Source: Rhina ancylostomus
Taxonomy: Eukaryota
Length of the DNA stretch: 64,000 nt
Reading direction: 5' to 3'
Assembly (NCBI GenBank): GCA_030265395.1
Contig: JARFYF010000007.1
Span: 47,884,346-47,948,345 of the forward strand
The notes under the pieces were generated by a model. That model saw nothing but the letters and a program-made list of their open reading frames with translations. It did no database searches and was not told the DNA's origin. Made by a program: the position numbers and the translations under genes. Every line of letters begins with the position of its first letter. Within the stretch, counting starts at the first letter, position 1. Below are positions 25,560 to 38,750 of the stretch, one piece after another.

Positions 25560-25880
25560 CTGTGCATTCAGTAAGATGGCCAATCCTGACCTCAGAGCCA
25601 TTTTCCTGCTCTAACCAAATATTCCATGATAATTTTACCAACTAAACATTTATCAATATTGTCTTGTGTACCCAGCAACTGATCCTCCACAGTCCTCTTT
25701 GAATAGAGGATTCCAAAGATTCACTGCCCTCTGGGTAAAGAAATGTCTTCTCATCTCTGACCGAAATGGCAGGCTCCTTATTTTCAGACTGTGACCCCTG
25801 ATTCTAGACACCTTGCCAGGGAAAACGGTAACTACACAACTACCCTGTCAAGCACCATAGGAATTTTGTATGTTTCAATG
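25560..25880 (-). mobile_element. Old CR1 3' fragment
   Basis: tagaggattccaaagattcactgccctctgggtaaagaaatgtcttctcatctc..gtgacccctgattctagac. Confidence 0.75.
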
Positions 25881-27304
25881 TGGAGAAGAATGTAGTTCTA
25901 TTAATTGTAGTACTTGGCAGAAATCATGAAGCTTATTTATTTCTGAGAGGATAAATGATTTAAAGTACATCAAAACACATTAGAATTTTTTAAAACATTT
26001 AAATCAGGCCATTGTCATGTGTGTGAAGTTGGTTTATTTTAGGAACTATTGTTTTTATTTTAATACCTATCCCTGTGTGTTCTACAGTTCGTTGCTCTAA
26101 TCCAGAGCAGTGATTGGTTCAGTTCATGGGGTCTTTTGCAAAAACAGGNNNNNNNNNNTGATTTTGAGAGCAGGAATGGGTGAGGTGATCCACCCACTGA
26201 GGTAGAGGTCTGGTATTATGGGATGTGAAATCTCTGTAATATTGCAGTTTAGACAGAGTCATGATTACATGGCCTTTTGCAAAAACTGAAAGGTGATTGA
26301 CGGCTTCATTTTGATTTTTGCCAATAGCTTTGTAAGAATTTTATTTATACTGATATCTGAGCATTTCACACTGCAATTCAGAGTAACATCTTCGAAAAGT
26401 AATAATGGTGGAAATATATTTTTTTAAAAGTACTGATTGAACAATGTAACATTTGGGCTACATACCTTCAAAGGCTGAGAAGCTTTTGCTTATTTCAGAT
26501 TTGCTGTTTTTTTAAATTTTTGTCTGAACTTTGAAGGGAACTTGGTGACTGCCCAACCAAACAGCCAGCTTCACCCAGAGTACAAATGCAACCAAACACA
26601 CACAACAAACTAAGCTCTGTGGTTGCACTGTCAATGAACAGAAGGATAATTTATTATTGATGTCAATTTTAAATTAGTATCGCATAGTGAATACATCCCA
26701 TTCACCACTACTCAACTTCTGAGGGCCTTTCGCTAGAAATCAATTATGCAATGAGGGGCAGGTGTTTTTAGTCACACTGGTCAGTGTATGCTAGGACAGT
26801 GCTTTAGAACAATTGAATAAAGGAATGATGGAAGCCTCAGCAAAGTGAGGTCCCAGTGAGTACATATATATTTCTAAAAGTAATTTTCTACCCTATATTG
26901 TGTCAACATCTTAAGAGTTAAACTGTGAGTTGGTCTTGTAGTAATTTATATAAATAAATAAATGTATTTGATACAAAGTGATGCACAATTTCTGGCACTG
27001 ACACAAAATGTATTTTAGTGAATTTTCAACCCGATTAACATAGCTCCTTATTTTCCTCTTCCACTGTTGAATTCCTGATTCATTCTGGGCTATTACTATG
27101 TAGGCACATGAATCCCTCTGGTACCCCAGAGTCCAATCAGTGTTGTCAGGCTATAGAGTGGAGGGAGCAATAAATGGATTCTTCCCCAGTCAACACCCAT
27201 GTTANNNNNNNNNNNNNNNNNNNNNNNNNNNNNNNNNNNNNNNNNNNNNNNNNNNNNNNNNNNNNNNNNNNNNNNNNNNNNNNNNNNNNNNNNNNNNNNN
27301 NNNN

Positions 27305-27450
27305 GTTGGGTTAGTACAGAGTGTATTGATGTAGTACAGGTAAAAACAATTACAGTACAGAGTAAAATGTCACAGTGACAGAGAAGTGCAGTGCAATAAG
27401 GTGCAAGGTCACAACAAGGTAGATCATGAGGTCATAGTCCATCTCATCGT
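27305..27450 (-). mobile_element. Rex1/Babar 3'UTR fragment
   Basis: Reverse complement matches the 3'UTR at 63660-63800 (gatggac..gaccttgcaccttattgcactgcacttctctg). Confidence 0.75.
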
Positions 27451-28239
27451 ATTGTGTCTCAATGAAAGGTTCAATGAAATGGATTCCATTGTTAACTGCA
27501 AAAAGGATGTGGACAATCATTAGAGATGCGGTAAATGTCATAGGGATAGCAAGGAACTGAGGAGTGAGCCTAATTGAATAGCTTTTGCAAAGAGACAACA
27601 CAGATAAAATGGGTAGACAGTCTTCTCTTCTGCTTCAAAACACAAAGCACCAAAGCATTTCACAGCCCTAATGGTCACATCAGGAGTGTAGGCATTGTTG
27701 ACGTGTGGCAGGCATTGAATGAGTGAAATTTTCTCTCTAAAGTTCTCTCCCTTTATCTCTTCTTTTAAAACCTACCTCGATAAACATCATAGAGATTTAC
27801 AGCAAAGAAGGAGGCCATTTTAGGGTTTTATGTTCACCTCAGCTGAAAAGTGACTGCCTAAAATAATCCCATTTTCTAACTCTTAGCCTTTAGTCTTATA
27901 GGTTATGACTATTCACACACTCAAACTAAGCCGATCACCTGGCCTGATACTTCCTTACATAACCTTGGTTTCAAGTTTTGATGAAGTTCCCATTAAAGCT
28001 TTTAACACCCTTTAATACACAAAGGAGCTATAAAAATACAAGTTGTTGTTGTTGAGGACTGATGTTGTCACTCAGGAGAGGATGAGAACCTGTGGAAACA
28101 TCTGGAGAAATGGTTTGGGGAAGTTGTGTGGTGATGTGTGGAAGGGAGGCTGAAGAAGGATGAAGTTGATAAGGAAAAATATTTGTTAGGATTGATTCTT
28201 TGGCCCAGGTTTATATTTTAATATAAGATAAGTAATGGT

Positions 28240-28590
28240 GGTAATACTCGGCAGATCAGGCAGTATCCATTGTGAGGTGAACAGAGTTAATGTTTCGGGT
28301 CAATGAGCTATCATCAAAACGTGGGAAAGGCAGGGATAAAACATGCTTTACAGTGTGGAGAAAGTAGGGGAAGTGCAGATAACACAAAGAAAGATTTACG
28401 AAGGTGTGGAGAACAGAAGTGATTAAATAGCAAATGGGGAAATAGATCCCTATCTCAAACCTTATTTGTGGTCATTTCAACCCTTCCCATCTTTCTTTAC
28501 ATCTTAAAGCTTATTTTATCTCTATCCTTCCCTAGTTCAGATGCAACATCATCAAAGCAAAATGTTGAAGGCTCTCTCCACAGATGCCGA
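28240..28590. mobile_element. Penelope pseudo-LTR inverted pair (old)
   Basis: Left arm actcggcagatcaggcag..gttaatgtttcgggtcaatgagctatcatcaaaa (minus strand ttgatga..gacccgaaac). Right arm ..ctctctccacagatgccgac. Confidence 0.6.
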
Positions 28591-29099
28591 CTGGAAAATA
28601 AATGTGGTAGCAGAAACATACGTTTTTGCACAAATCCCGTTTGTTTGTCAACATTTATAATAGCTTATGGCAGTGGGAAAATGGAAAGGGGACAACACCT
28701 CAAAATTAGATGTATCCAGGTCAGGAAACACAGTGGGGTCAGAAGCGGATTCAGGCAAGATTGTTCTTTGAATGAATGGAAAGATGATTCAAACAATTAA
28801 CATTTGATCCACCTGATACCTACATAAAAGCCAAGAAATTTGACGGACCTGAGATGGGCAGATGAATGGCAGATGAGATGGGCAGAGATGGTAGATGCCA
28901 GAATGAGACTTGAGCCAAAATGGAGGAGATGGGAGCTGCAGGCACCAAATGCTTTAGTCATTGCTGTTTGTCATCTGGCCTGCCAGAGAAGTCAGGATGA
29001 GAAAGTTGGTGGCTGCTATCTAAACCCTGGAACAAAGTGGTAATGGCAGACGATTACTTTGTGGGACCAGGATGAACACTTTTACTTCTCCTGGTCCAA

Positions 29100-29400
29100 A
29101 TAGAGATGAAAAGCAGAGTCATAGGACCAAGAGCCACACATTCAAAATAAGGAGCAGCATTTTTGGACTGAGATGAGGAGACATATCTTCACTCAGAGGA
29201 TGATGAATCTTTGGAATTCTCTTCCCAGGAGGACCATGTAGATTCAGTCACGTTCTTCCAAAACAGATTTCTGAACATTAAGGGACTTAAGGGATATGCA
29301 AAAATTCTCAGGTGGAAGATCAACCATTATTTTAATGAATGATGGAGAAGGCTCAAAGGGTTGGATAGCCACGTCCTAATCCTAGTTCTTATATTCTTTC
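29100..29400 (+). mobile_element. Old CR1 3' end
   Basis: ggactgagatgaggagacatatcttcactcagaggatgatgaatctttggaattctct..cctagttcttatattct. Confidence 0.75.
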
Positions 29401-30660
29401 CTGGACCACTTAATGAATGCCTTCCATGAGCCCCTGGAACCACCCAACAAAGCAAACAGGAAACAAGCTCCATACATTTGCACTTTAATCTTACTTGAGA
29501 GTTGTATTTGCCTTATTTAGGACCCCAATCTTAAGTAGGATCTTCAGACAATACTCAGAATACAATGAGTATGTTCATACTGAGGTCTGGTGGTTTTGGA
29601 TCTGATTTGGATTGAGGTGCTACTCCCATATGTGGTCAGGCTTGAGTTCAAACAGGAATTAACTCTTTGATGCCAGGATTACTATCAAGTGGCAGAATAT
29701 CTTAGTCTACCTAAAAAGATATTGGCATCACACAGTAACTTCTTTCTTCTATTGATAGAGTCATTGAAGCCTATGGAAAAAGTGACTTTCTCAGTATGGC
29801 TCATAAAATGATGTTTGGTTTCTGCAGATAAACTAAAAATCTTAGGCATGCTTATGAGCCCAAGATCTGAGTCTTTAATTCCACATTCTACCAATCACGG
29901 AGCTAGGCATTCTGCCAAGAGGCTGAGGTTAGCAGTGCTCTCTGAGTGCACAAACTGTTTTCAATCTCTTCCATAAATAATAAGATATTTTTGTAATAAA
30001 TCAGGTAATGACCACGATCTAATGTGACTGACAGGTGACTTTCCAGGGCTCTGGAGCTTCAATTCTTTTTAGATTATAACATTGCATAAATTAAGAATTG
30101 TTTTTTCAAACCAGCTCCCAGGCAGCTAGAACACTGACTGAAATTTAAAGAACTTCATTAGATCACCTAGCTACCATGTGACTCAGGTTTTAACTGTTTT
30201 TGTAGATTCTCTGGAATAAATTTTAAAAAAACTTCACTACAAGTAAAACATCTGCACCATGCAAGAATTGAGGACTGAGGAGGAGGTGGTCCAGGGTAGC
30301 TTTCTCAGTGGTACAACTTATTTTTCATTGAGAAGATGATCTGATGCTCTAACACAAAGTGACATCTGTCTAAGTTTTATGTGACATATGGGGCAGGTCT
30401 CTGTGGTTTTAAAAAGGATGACCTTTGGGTTAGGGACTCCAAACGTTGCTAATGTTTATATAGTCTGGCAGAACCAAAGAATCAACAGAAGAAGGGAGTC
30501 ACAACTGAAACAAATCACACTACCACTTGAGACTACCACAGCTTTGTGGTGGAGACTGGCAAGGCACAAGTTCCAAGAGTATGTGCCTTACAATTTCAGC
30601 TGTCTGTAAGTGTATTGAGAGGTGTGGTATAGGAATCACTGTCACCTTTTCCTTGCTACA

Positions 30661-30662
<2 letters not shown>

Positions 30663-30703
<41 letters not shown>
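30663..30703. repeat. (CT)n(CA)n microsatellite
   Basis: Directly visible. Confidence 0.95.
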
Positions 30704-31824
30704 GCACCTTCTAGGAGCTTTGTGACTGGAGAATAACGTATGTAAGAATATGAAAAAAAGCAGAGAAAACTACTTAAACAAAAATGTCAATGATAGTTGA
30801 CAACAGACTTACTCCACAGTAAAAACCTTGTTGTGTGCAGACTTTTAATATGAATAAGTTCAAGGTTTGAGCAAAATAGGGTAATCATCATTTTAGTTTC
30901 TGATAAGGTTTCCAAAATGCTTTGCTCTAATTCAAATGAAATGAAGTCCAAGTACTTTTAAAACCATGTTTTTTTCCCTTTGCATTACCACAAGGTAGCT
31001 GATTGTGTTTGTTACTCATCATTAAAAATCATGCCTTATCCTTTATGAATACAAGCTGGGTTTGTTCCTGTGCAGCAGCTTAAATCCACTCTTCCTGGGA
31101 GCTCTGCCAACTACACACATTGGCCCTGAGACCTGTTGCATGCTGGGACATTTTGCCCACAGGACAGATTTAGCTTTCTTTTTGTAAGAAACTGGCATAC
31201 AGATAGAACAATTTCAGTTATTACTTTTCCCTGTTTCCTGTGCTTATCTGACAAAGAAAGACGTCCACAATAGCAAGATAGATACTTCTAAGGGAAAGAA
31301 ATCCAATACCATATAAATAGAGGTGAAAGATGAATCTAAGCCCATCTCCTCTCCTGAAGAAACTGTTTTAGTAACTGCAGTGTAGTTTACAGATCCAGGA
31401 AGTGCTGCTGTGACAATGACTGTTAGAAATGCTCAAAGACCATACACCATTACAGGCTACATTTTGTATCAAGAGGTCAATAACATAGTGTTGGTAAGTG
31501 TAGCTCTAACAACTGAGTATACCAGACACTGCTGTTTGTTGAGGGTTTACTGCCTACAATAAAGAAGTGTTGTTAGCACTACCTCTGTTATTTGACTTAG
31601 AAAACAACAGCACTAAAATATTTACAGACACTACATTATGCTTGGGATACAGGTGCTTGAGGGAGCAGCTGGTTCAATGATCCAGAACAAACTAAACAGA
31701 GAATGGGGGGTCTCACGGCAGAGAAATGCTGGCATTAGAGTGTGGATGTAGATGTCTTGATGTTAGGTATTAGGTTGGTGAGCTCAAGAAGTATGAGTGG
31801 ACTCAGCCATTTGCCTTGTACATA

Positions 31825-32175
31825 CAATGGGTGTGAAATCTTGGTGCTGGTAGTAGGGCTGGGAAACTATGAGACACTCATGAGTCTACTAGTGCCACAA
31901 ACTGCAGCTAAGATCTCATACAAGGANNNNNNNNNNNNNNNNNNNNNNNNNNNNNNNNNNNNNNNNNNNNNNNNNNNNNNNNNNNNNNNNNNNNNNNNNN
32001 NNNNNNNNNNNNNNNNNNNNNNNNNNTCATACAAGGATGTAGTGAAAATCCTGAAGGGTCATTTTAATTTGGTGCTGTCAAAGATTTTTAAGAGCTACAA
32101 ATTTATCACATACAACCAGGAATTTTGAGAAACAATGGTCAAGTAAGTAATCAGGCTAAAGGCACTGGAAAGAAA
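31825..32175 (+). mobile_element. Ty3/Gypsy gag fossil (K02A2.6-like type), split by an artefactual gap
   Basis: Joining at the duplicated tcatacaagga gives EILVLVVGLGNYETLMSLLVPQTAAKISYKDVVKILKGHFNLVLSKIFKSYKFITYNQEF*ETMVK*VIRLKAL. This resembles AILLSxxGxxTYxLLRSLLAPxKPxxKSYxELVxxLxxHFNPxPSEIxERFKFxxRxQxxGESVxxYVxxLRxL. Confidence 0.65.
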
Positions 32176-33460
32176 AGAAGGAACAAAATAACCAGAGAAT
32201 TAGACAAGGTTGAGGTATCCCAGAGTGAAAGACAGTTTATTATGATACAAAGGTATCATTTGGACAATGACTTAGCACTATCAGAATGATGTGACTCTTT
32301 GCAAACCTCAATAGCAAATAGTTCAGAGGAAAATTCAGTAAACTGTTTGAACAGAATGAGAAAGGTAGTTTAAGGTCAATAGCTGCACCATTGCAAGAGT
32401 CCACAAAGAAAGTGAAAGACAAAAGGCTCAACAACAAGGTGCTCTAGTGAGATAATAGCAACTGAGTTTGGCATAGACAGTACTGATGGAGAAGATGAAA
32501 CTGCACAAGCTCAGTGTGTTCAATGCTTTGTTGCATACAGAATTGATAAAAGGCCTGAATCACGTTCAGATTAAGTTGGAAGCACTGAGGGAGGACTGCA
32601 TTGCAACGTAAAGAGAATTCAAAAACTTTGAATACCCTATGCGGGATATTATCACAGATATCGACTTACTAATGGCACTCCAATACAGCATAGNNNNNNN
32701 NNNNNNNNNNNNNNNNNNNNNNNNNNNNNNNNNNNNNNNNNNNNNNNNNNNNNNNNNNNNNNNNNNNNNNNNNNNNNNNNNNNNNNNNNNNNNNNNNNNN
32801 NNNNNNNNNNNNNNNNNNNNNNNNNNNNNNNNNNNNNNNNNNNNNNNNNNNNNNNNNNNNNNNNNNNNNNNNNNNNNNNNNNNNNNNNNNNNNNNNNNNN
32901 NNNNNNNNNNNNNNNNNNNNNNNNNNNNNNNNNNNNNNNNNNNNNNNNNNNNNNNNNNNNNNNNNNNNNNNNNNNNNNNNNNNNNNNNNNNNNNNNNNNN
33001 NNNNNNNNNNNNNNNNNNNNNNNNNNNNNNNNNNNNNNNNNNNNNNNNNNNNNNNNNNNNNNNNNNNNNNNNNNNNNNNNNNNNNNNNNNNNNNNNNNNN
33101 NNNNNNNNNNNNNNNNNNNNNNNNNNNNNNNNNNNNNNNNNNNNNNNNNNNNNNNNNNNNNNNNNNNNNNNNNNNNNNNNNNNNNNNNNNNNNNNNNNNN
33201 NNNNNNNNNNNNNNNNNNNNNNNNNNNNNNNNNNNNNNNNNNNNNNNNNNNNNNNNNNNNNNNNNNNNNNNNNNNNNNNNNNNNNNNNNNNNNNNNNNNN
33301 NNNNNNNNNNNNNNNNNNNNNNNNNNNNNNNNNNNNNNNNNNNNNNNNNNNNNNNNNNNNNNNNNNNNNNNNNNNNNNNNNNNNNNNNNNNNNNNNNNNN
33401 NNNNNNNNNNNNNNNNNNNNNNNNNNNNNNNNNNNNNNNNNNNNNNNNNNNNNNNNNNNN

Positions 33461-33605
33461 CTACAGCACAATTCAGGCCCTTCGGCCCACAAAGCTGTGC
33501 CGAACATGTCCCTACCTTAGAAATTACTAGGCTTACCTGTAGCCCTCTATTTTTCTCAGCTCCATGTACCTATCCAAAAGTCTCTTAAAAGACCCTATCG
33601 TATCC
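33461..33605 (-). mobile_element. Young CR1 3' end abutting a gap
   Basis: ctacagcacaattcaggcccttcggcccacaaagctgtgccgaacatg..ccatgtacctatccaaaagtctcttaaaag, with CpGs retained. Confidence 0.8.
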
Positions 33606-33879
33606 AGTATGCAGTAAACAGCAACACCAAAGAGCCTACAAATACCACTGTATAGATGACAAATATACAATGCTCTCTGCAGCTTGCCTCAGTCCTCAGT
33701 ATTTACAGTAGCTGCCAACCTTATAAATCAAAAGTTGTTACTGTTTTGGTCAGCTAGATTTAAAACATCTTTCTTGTCTACCTTTGCCATACCCCACTCC
33801 CTAACTACCCACTATTTGGAATGGGGTTGAAAACCTTGAGCCAATGCACCAGGAGTAAATAGCCCTTCATAAACTGTGG

Positions 33880-34048
33880 AAAGAACAGACACACAAACTA
33901 CCCATCCACCCACCCTACCAGTCACCTCCTGCCCATCTGTGAAGGAGTCTGCTGTTTCCATATTGGCCCCATTAGTCACCTGAGAACCCACTAAACTGTA
34001 GTGGAAACAAATCACCGTTGATCCTGGGGGACTGCCTAAGAAGAAGAT
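33880..34048 (+). mobile_element. RTE LINE 3' end
   Basis: C-terminal Zn-finger-like remnant (tcctgcccatctgtgaaggagtctgc..HIGPISHLRTH) and tail gactgcctaagaagaaga. Confidence 0.7.
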
Positions 34049-36761
34049 GACTCACCAACAAGCCTCTGCTAACGCCATTCATGAAAAGGCTCTCTGGTAA
34101 CCAGTGAGAAATACAGGGTGTTTCAGCCCACTGCTCTTTCCTATTCTGGATCAGGTTCCTTTTGAAATTATGTATTAATGATTTTGTAAATAGATCAGAG
34201 TTCCTGTGCTTACTAAGTCCAATAGAAGCGTAAAAGCAATCGCAATAGAGTGGACCTACAATTTTGCTCGAGTCAACAGAGAAAGTCTTTCTGTACATTT
34301 CCAAAATTGCTAATACAGTGACCCCCATTTCACAACTTGGCACTTGCTTTCCGGAGGTTCAAGCTTCCTACCACTGCTCCAAAGCAAAGGTCCCTAAAGG
34401 AAGTGTAATGCAAGCAATTATTGTTTGTGCTAGAGGGTAAAACCATTATCTTATTTCTACTCTCTTCTTCCAACATCCCAATTTATTGCAACATTGTAGC
34501 CATACAACACCATGGGGAAAATTTTGAAATTAGAAGGAAATTAGATGTGAAGAAAAACATATTTTAAAACAATTTGGAAGTTTTCCACCTTAAATGATGC
34601 CATGTCAACACTATCAGAATATACCAGCTCATAAACTCCACATTTTTCTCTATTTTTAAGTCAATGGAAAATGAATTACATCTGGCATTGGTCAGGGATA
34701 GTACTTACATATGCATAGCACTGACTTAAATGTTTTATGATTTAACAAAGGACTGAAGATCAGGTAATGATTGCTCTTTCATAGTGGGTATATTTGTTAT
34801 TGTTTTGCTTCAGTCACACATTAATTGGTAAGGTACCAATATTTTCACTGTAGTTATTTAATGAATTGCTGCTCTTAGGTCAGAAAAATTACTAAGAATG
34901 TTCTTGCACTGATATGCCTTTACATCGTACTCAAACATATACAGCTATCACACCAAGATATTAGATTTATTCCCAGCAATATTTCACCCATGTATTAGAT
35001 TCTAAAAATCTTTAGTCTAATTGTACTGTTGACTGTTTAATATAATTTAACCAAAATGTTATGAAGTTCTCAGTATACTTGATTGATATTCTTGCGACAA
35101 GCCTGGATGCTGCCAATGTCATTTGATTGTATGAGTCCAAATTACATTTTTAGGAAACTTTGCCCCTTCCCCTCACATTAAGGTGCACCCTCCCCATGAT
35201 TTACCATCTGTCAAATCTGCCAAATGAGATAAAATCCCAGACTCCGTTTTAAATCACAAGCCTCGAGATCCCTTCATGTTCCTTCTTTCATAAAAGCAAC
35301 TCCCACTTTCAAGAGAGAAAAGGTTAAAAAGAGAAAACTGGAAACAAAATGGTAAAAAGAAATCAAAAGATTTTTAATACTAGAAGTATTTCTGTGCTGA
35401 TATCAATATGAATACAACAGCTATAAATCAGTCATTATTACCAATGCCTTAGGTGGAAAATAGAAACCATATTTTTGCATATCAGATTGCAATCACCTGT
35501 GCCCTATCTTCTCTGGAACATCAACCCTAGTGATAGTAAAGGCAGAGAGTTCATCTTCCTAAAGCAGATAATAGCTGCCATGCCAATGCTGTCAACTTGC
35601 CTTAGTGCAAGTTGAAGGTTCTTAAAGCAAAATTGGTTTTGAAATGACTGCATAAAAATACCGTCTTCTGTTGCAGCCCAGTCTTGTCCCTCTCTGCTTC
35701 TCCTCCTAATGCAAAGACCTTCCAACAGATCAAAAGAAGCCAGAACTCCTGAAGCCTCAATCGACAAGCTGCATTGTGAAACCTGATTGCTTTCTGGTTT
35801 CATATACAAAGCCACAGACCAGAGGGTCNNNNNNNNNNNNNNNNNNNNNNNNNNNNNNNNNNNNNNNNNNNNNNNNNNNNNNNNNNNNNNNNNNNNNNNN
35901 NNNNNNNNNNNNNNNNNNNNNNNNNNNNTCATATACAAAGCCACAGACCAGAGGGTCGCTTTGGGATCATGCTGCCATCAAGAGAAAGTGGTAGAAAGCA
36001 ATATTCACAAACAAAATATGTGACTGTTAAGTTCAATCATTTCTGTAAATTCATATCAATTTAAATGACTGAGGCTGCCTTTGAATTTTGTTGCACTTGA
36101 TGCCAGTATATATTGATGTACAGGCCCGGTGGCATTGCAGATTTAACTGGGAAACACACATACAGCTTTCAACCAATGACCCTCATTTTCATGCATCTCA
36201 CTAAGTGCATTTTCAGAAGCCTTCACTGTTGACAGAAAGAGTAAAGACTGCACAGCACTGCATCAAAAGAATCAATTCATGGTGCATCCCTGCTACCCAG
36301 ACGGTTTCAAGTGCTTGAGTTTTAAATCATAAGCCTAGAGATCCCTGTAACCTGAAAGCTCTGCTTAATGTTCCTTCTTTCATCTTCCATCTTATTTACA
36401 TGTACCATGATTCATGAAGGGAGTTCAATGAACCATTTTTATGTTTATTTTATTGCCATGGCAACTGAAACAGGCACACAGATATACAAGTTTAAAAAAG
36501 AAAACTAAAGAACCAAAATGGAGAACTTTCACCTTTTAAACAATGAACTTTCTTTAAACCTTTGCAAGCTATAAAACTCAAATTTTGTTCCATTTTCTCC
36601 TTTTATAATTAGTTTCCACATCACAATATTGCGAGTCCTCCCCAATTAAAGTTGGGTGCAGGGGAAAGGGGAGAATGGGAACTAAAAGCATCCAAGAGAA
36701 CTCTTGTTTTTTTTTCTATATCTATCTATTGTGAGAAATGTAAAATTTCTTTTGATTTCTG

Positions 36762-36900
36762 CTTCAAATGCTGGAAGCACTCAGCAGGTCAGGCAGCATC
36801 AGTGGAGAGAGGAACAGTCGGTGTTTCATGGTCAATGACCTTTCATCAGAACTGGAAAAGGAGAAGACAAATATGCCTTTAGTAGCAAAGGATGAGAGGT
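36762..36900 (-). mobile_element. Penelope pseudo-LTR with hammerhead-like core
   Basis: Minus strand ccagtt-CTGATGA-aaggtcattgaccat-GAAAC-accgactg (~36853-36815), followed by gatgctgcctgacctgctgagtgcttccagca. Confidence 0.8.
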
Positions 36901-37039
36901 GACAAGAACAGGATTGTCTCCAATTGGGCGCAGGTGAAAGTTGCCAAGGTGAATTACTTTTAAAACTGCCAGTTGGAACAAAATGACACAACCAAATTGA
37001 AACAAAGGCACAGCCACATCTGAGGAATAGCCAACATCC

Positions 37040-37312
37040 CCTTGACTCATAGGATCTCTGGCCTGTGGCCGTTCAAACTGGAAGGAACATCTGGGATGGC
37101 ATGGAGAACTGAGTCAATTCATCAGGCACACATGGAAGCCCAGCAAAATTGCAGAAGGAGTGCATCACCTCCCACACTACCTGATCATCTACACTGTGAA
37201 GCACCCCCTGCCGTACATGAAGCAAAATCTGTAGTTCCCATATCAGGCATCCCAGAGTCCCAGAAAAGAAGTGAAAACAAGTCTGGAGAGATTGCTAAAG
37301 GAGGAAGATAAA
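37040..37312 (+). mobile_element. RTE LINE 3' end (older copy)
   Basis: Similar to 33880-34048: cacactacctgatc..cccctgccgtac..gttcccatatcaggc..agattgctaaaggaggaaga. Confidence 0.6.
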
Positions 37313-37829
37313 ATATTCTTTATTAACATTAAATTCATCTGCTTAAACTCAGGCAAGATGTTATGGAGCATGAAATTAACTTTTTCCAGCTTGTGTTCAC
37401 CAGTCACAAGAGAATAACTTAAATGGTTTCAAAAGTCTCCAAAGAACAATGTCCCAGCAAATAGTTATTTCTCTGATTCAAATTCCAAGGCTTTGTTTCG
37501 TAGAAAAACATATGAGATTTGGTAGGATAACGTGTTAGAAGTCGTTTGCAGCTTTCTGACACAGCAGTTACAAAGTCTGCCAAATTGACTAACAATATCT
37601 CATACTTGATTCTTGTTTTGTTCTGTGTTAGTTGATCTCAGGCAGGAGTTACATAATAGTTAACTGCTGAACCTAATAGACCTTTAAGGCATTGAAGGAA
37701 AAACACAGCTTCAAATTAAACTTCTTTCAATTGAGGTTCTTTAATGCCACTATTAAGCTGTAGGGAAGTAATTGTGTACATGTTCTTGTGTATATACATG
37801 CCTACACTGTCGACACAGCAGAACCAGGT

Positions 37830-38750
37830 ATCCAATCGCCTTGGATCACCTTGCCATTGAACCAAGGCTGTTTGTTGTTCAACTTTCACCCCAGGTAAAA
37901 ACAATTTAGCTACTGGCATCATCCAACATTCAGAGCTTGAGAAGGTGCAATCCTGAAGGATTGTCAAGGTCAAAGTTGAAGAAAGACGATTAGCACCTTC
38001 TGGCATTGTAACAATGGATTGTTTCACTTGCCTGAGAAAGTTGTTATTGGTCTTAGTATGCATACTCTTCATACCGATCATGCAGTCCTATGTCACTCAT
38101 GTCCTAAACACTGCTACCACTTTACAAAGTACCCCCATCATTGACCTCCATCAGAACTTTTGCTCAGCTGACAAATGCCTACTCAATGAGCATTTTGAAA
38201 TTATAGTCCTGCCATAAACTGGTTTTTGAGTCAGTTATCCACCTATGAATACATTCACTTGTATCTCCTTGGAATAATGAGGAACTTATTGCTAGTCCCT
38301 GCACTAAGGTGCCAAATTATTTATTGCAAACCATTTGAACATGGGTAGGATTGTATTTTTGTCCCTCCATGAGATGCTTTAGAAGTCCTTCAATGGTTCA
38401 TGGCTGCAGTGGATTGAACTCTAAACTATGGAATTTCTGAAGGCCTTGTGTGATTCTTCTGCTCCACCCTGATGTTAAATTTAAAGTGGTTTTGACATCT
38501 GTGACCACAGTGATGTAATGGTGAAACAGAAAATGGCTGTTTCTAGTTTAAATCAAGCTTTTGTGTCATAAAATTATATGGCTTTTACTGTTATGGACTG
38601 ATGTTTACTACCTCACAGTCGAAGAAAGTTCTTTGGTTACAGACTGACAGACAGACTACAGATTGAAGCAGTTCTCCTTTTGTTTCTCCAAGTATGTCCA
38701 TATTGTGATCCAGAATGTCCCATTGTTATTGTGCAGACTGAAACAGACAA
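37830..38750 (+). mobile_element. CACTA/EnSpm-type transposase fossil
   Basis: 38211-38318 reads AINWFLSQLSTYEYIHLYLLGIMRNLLLVPALRCQI (compare PIDMVSQFPLDYMHLVCLGVMRKLLxxxxGPLRCRL). Colinear downstream remnants are AAVD*/TMEFLKAL (xDRWKATEFRQFL), KLYG at 38571-38582 and SSSPF (SAFPFE). Confidence 0.6.

Noticed and set aside
9681-35957. Exact direct repeats flanking 100-N gaps (9681-9695/9796-9810; 31916-31926/32027-32037; 35800-35828/35929-35957) that look like TSDs or repeat-spacer units
   Set aside because: Each pair directly borders a gap of exactly 100 N. Merging the 31916 pair restores a continuous gag reading frame, so these are most likely unmerged contig overlaps from the assembler.
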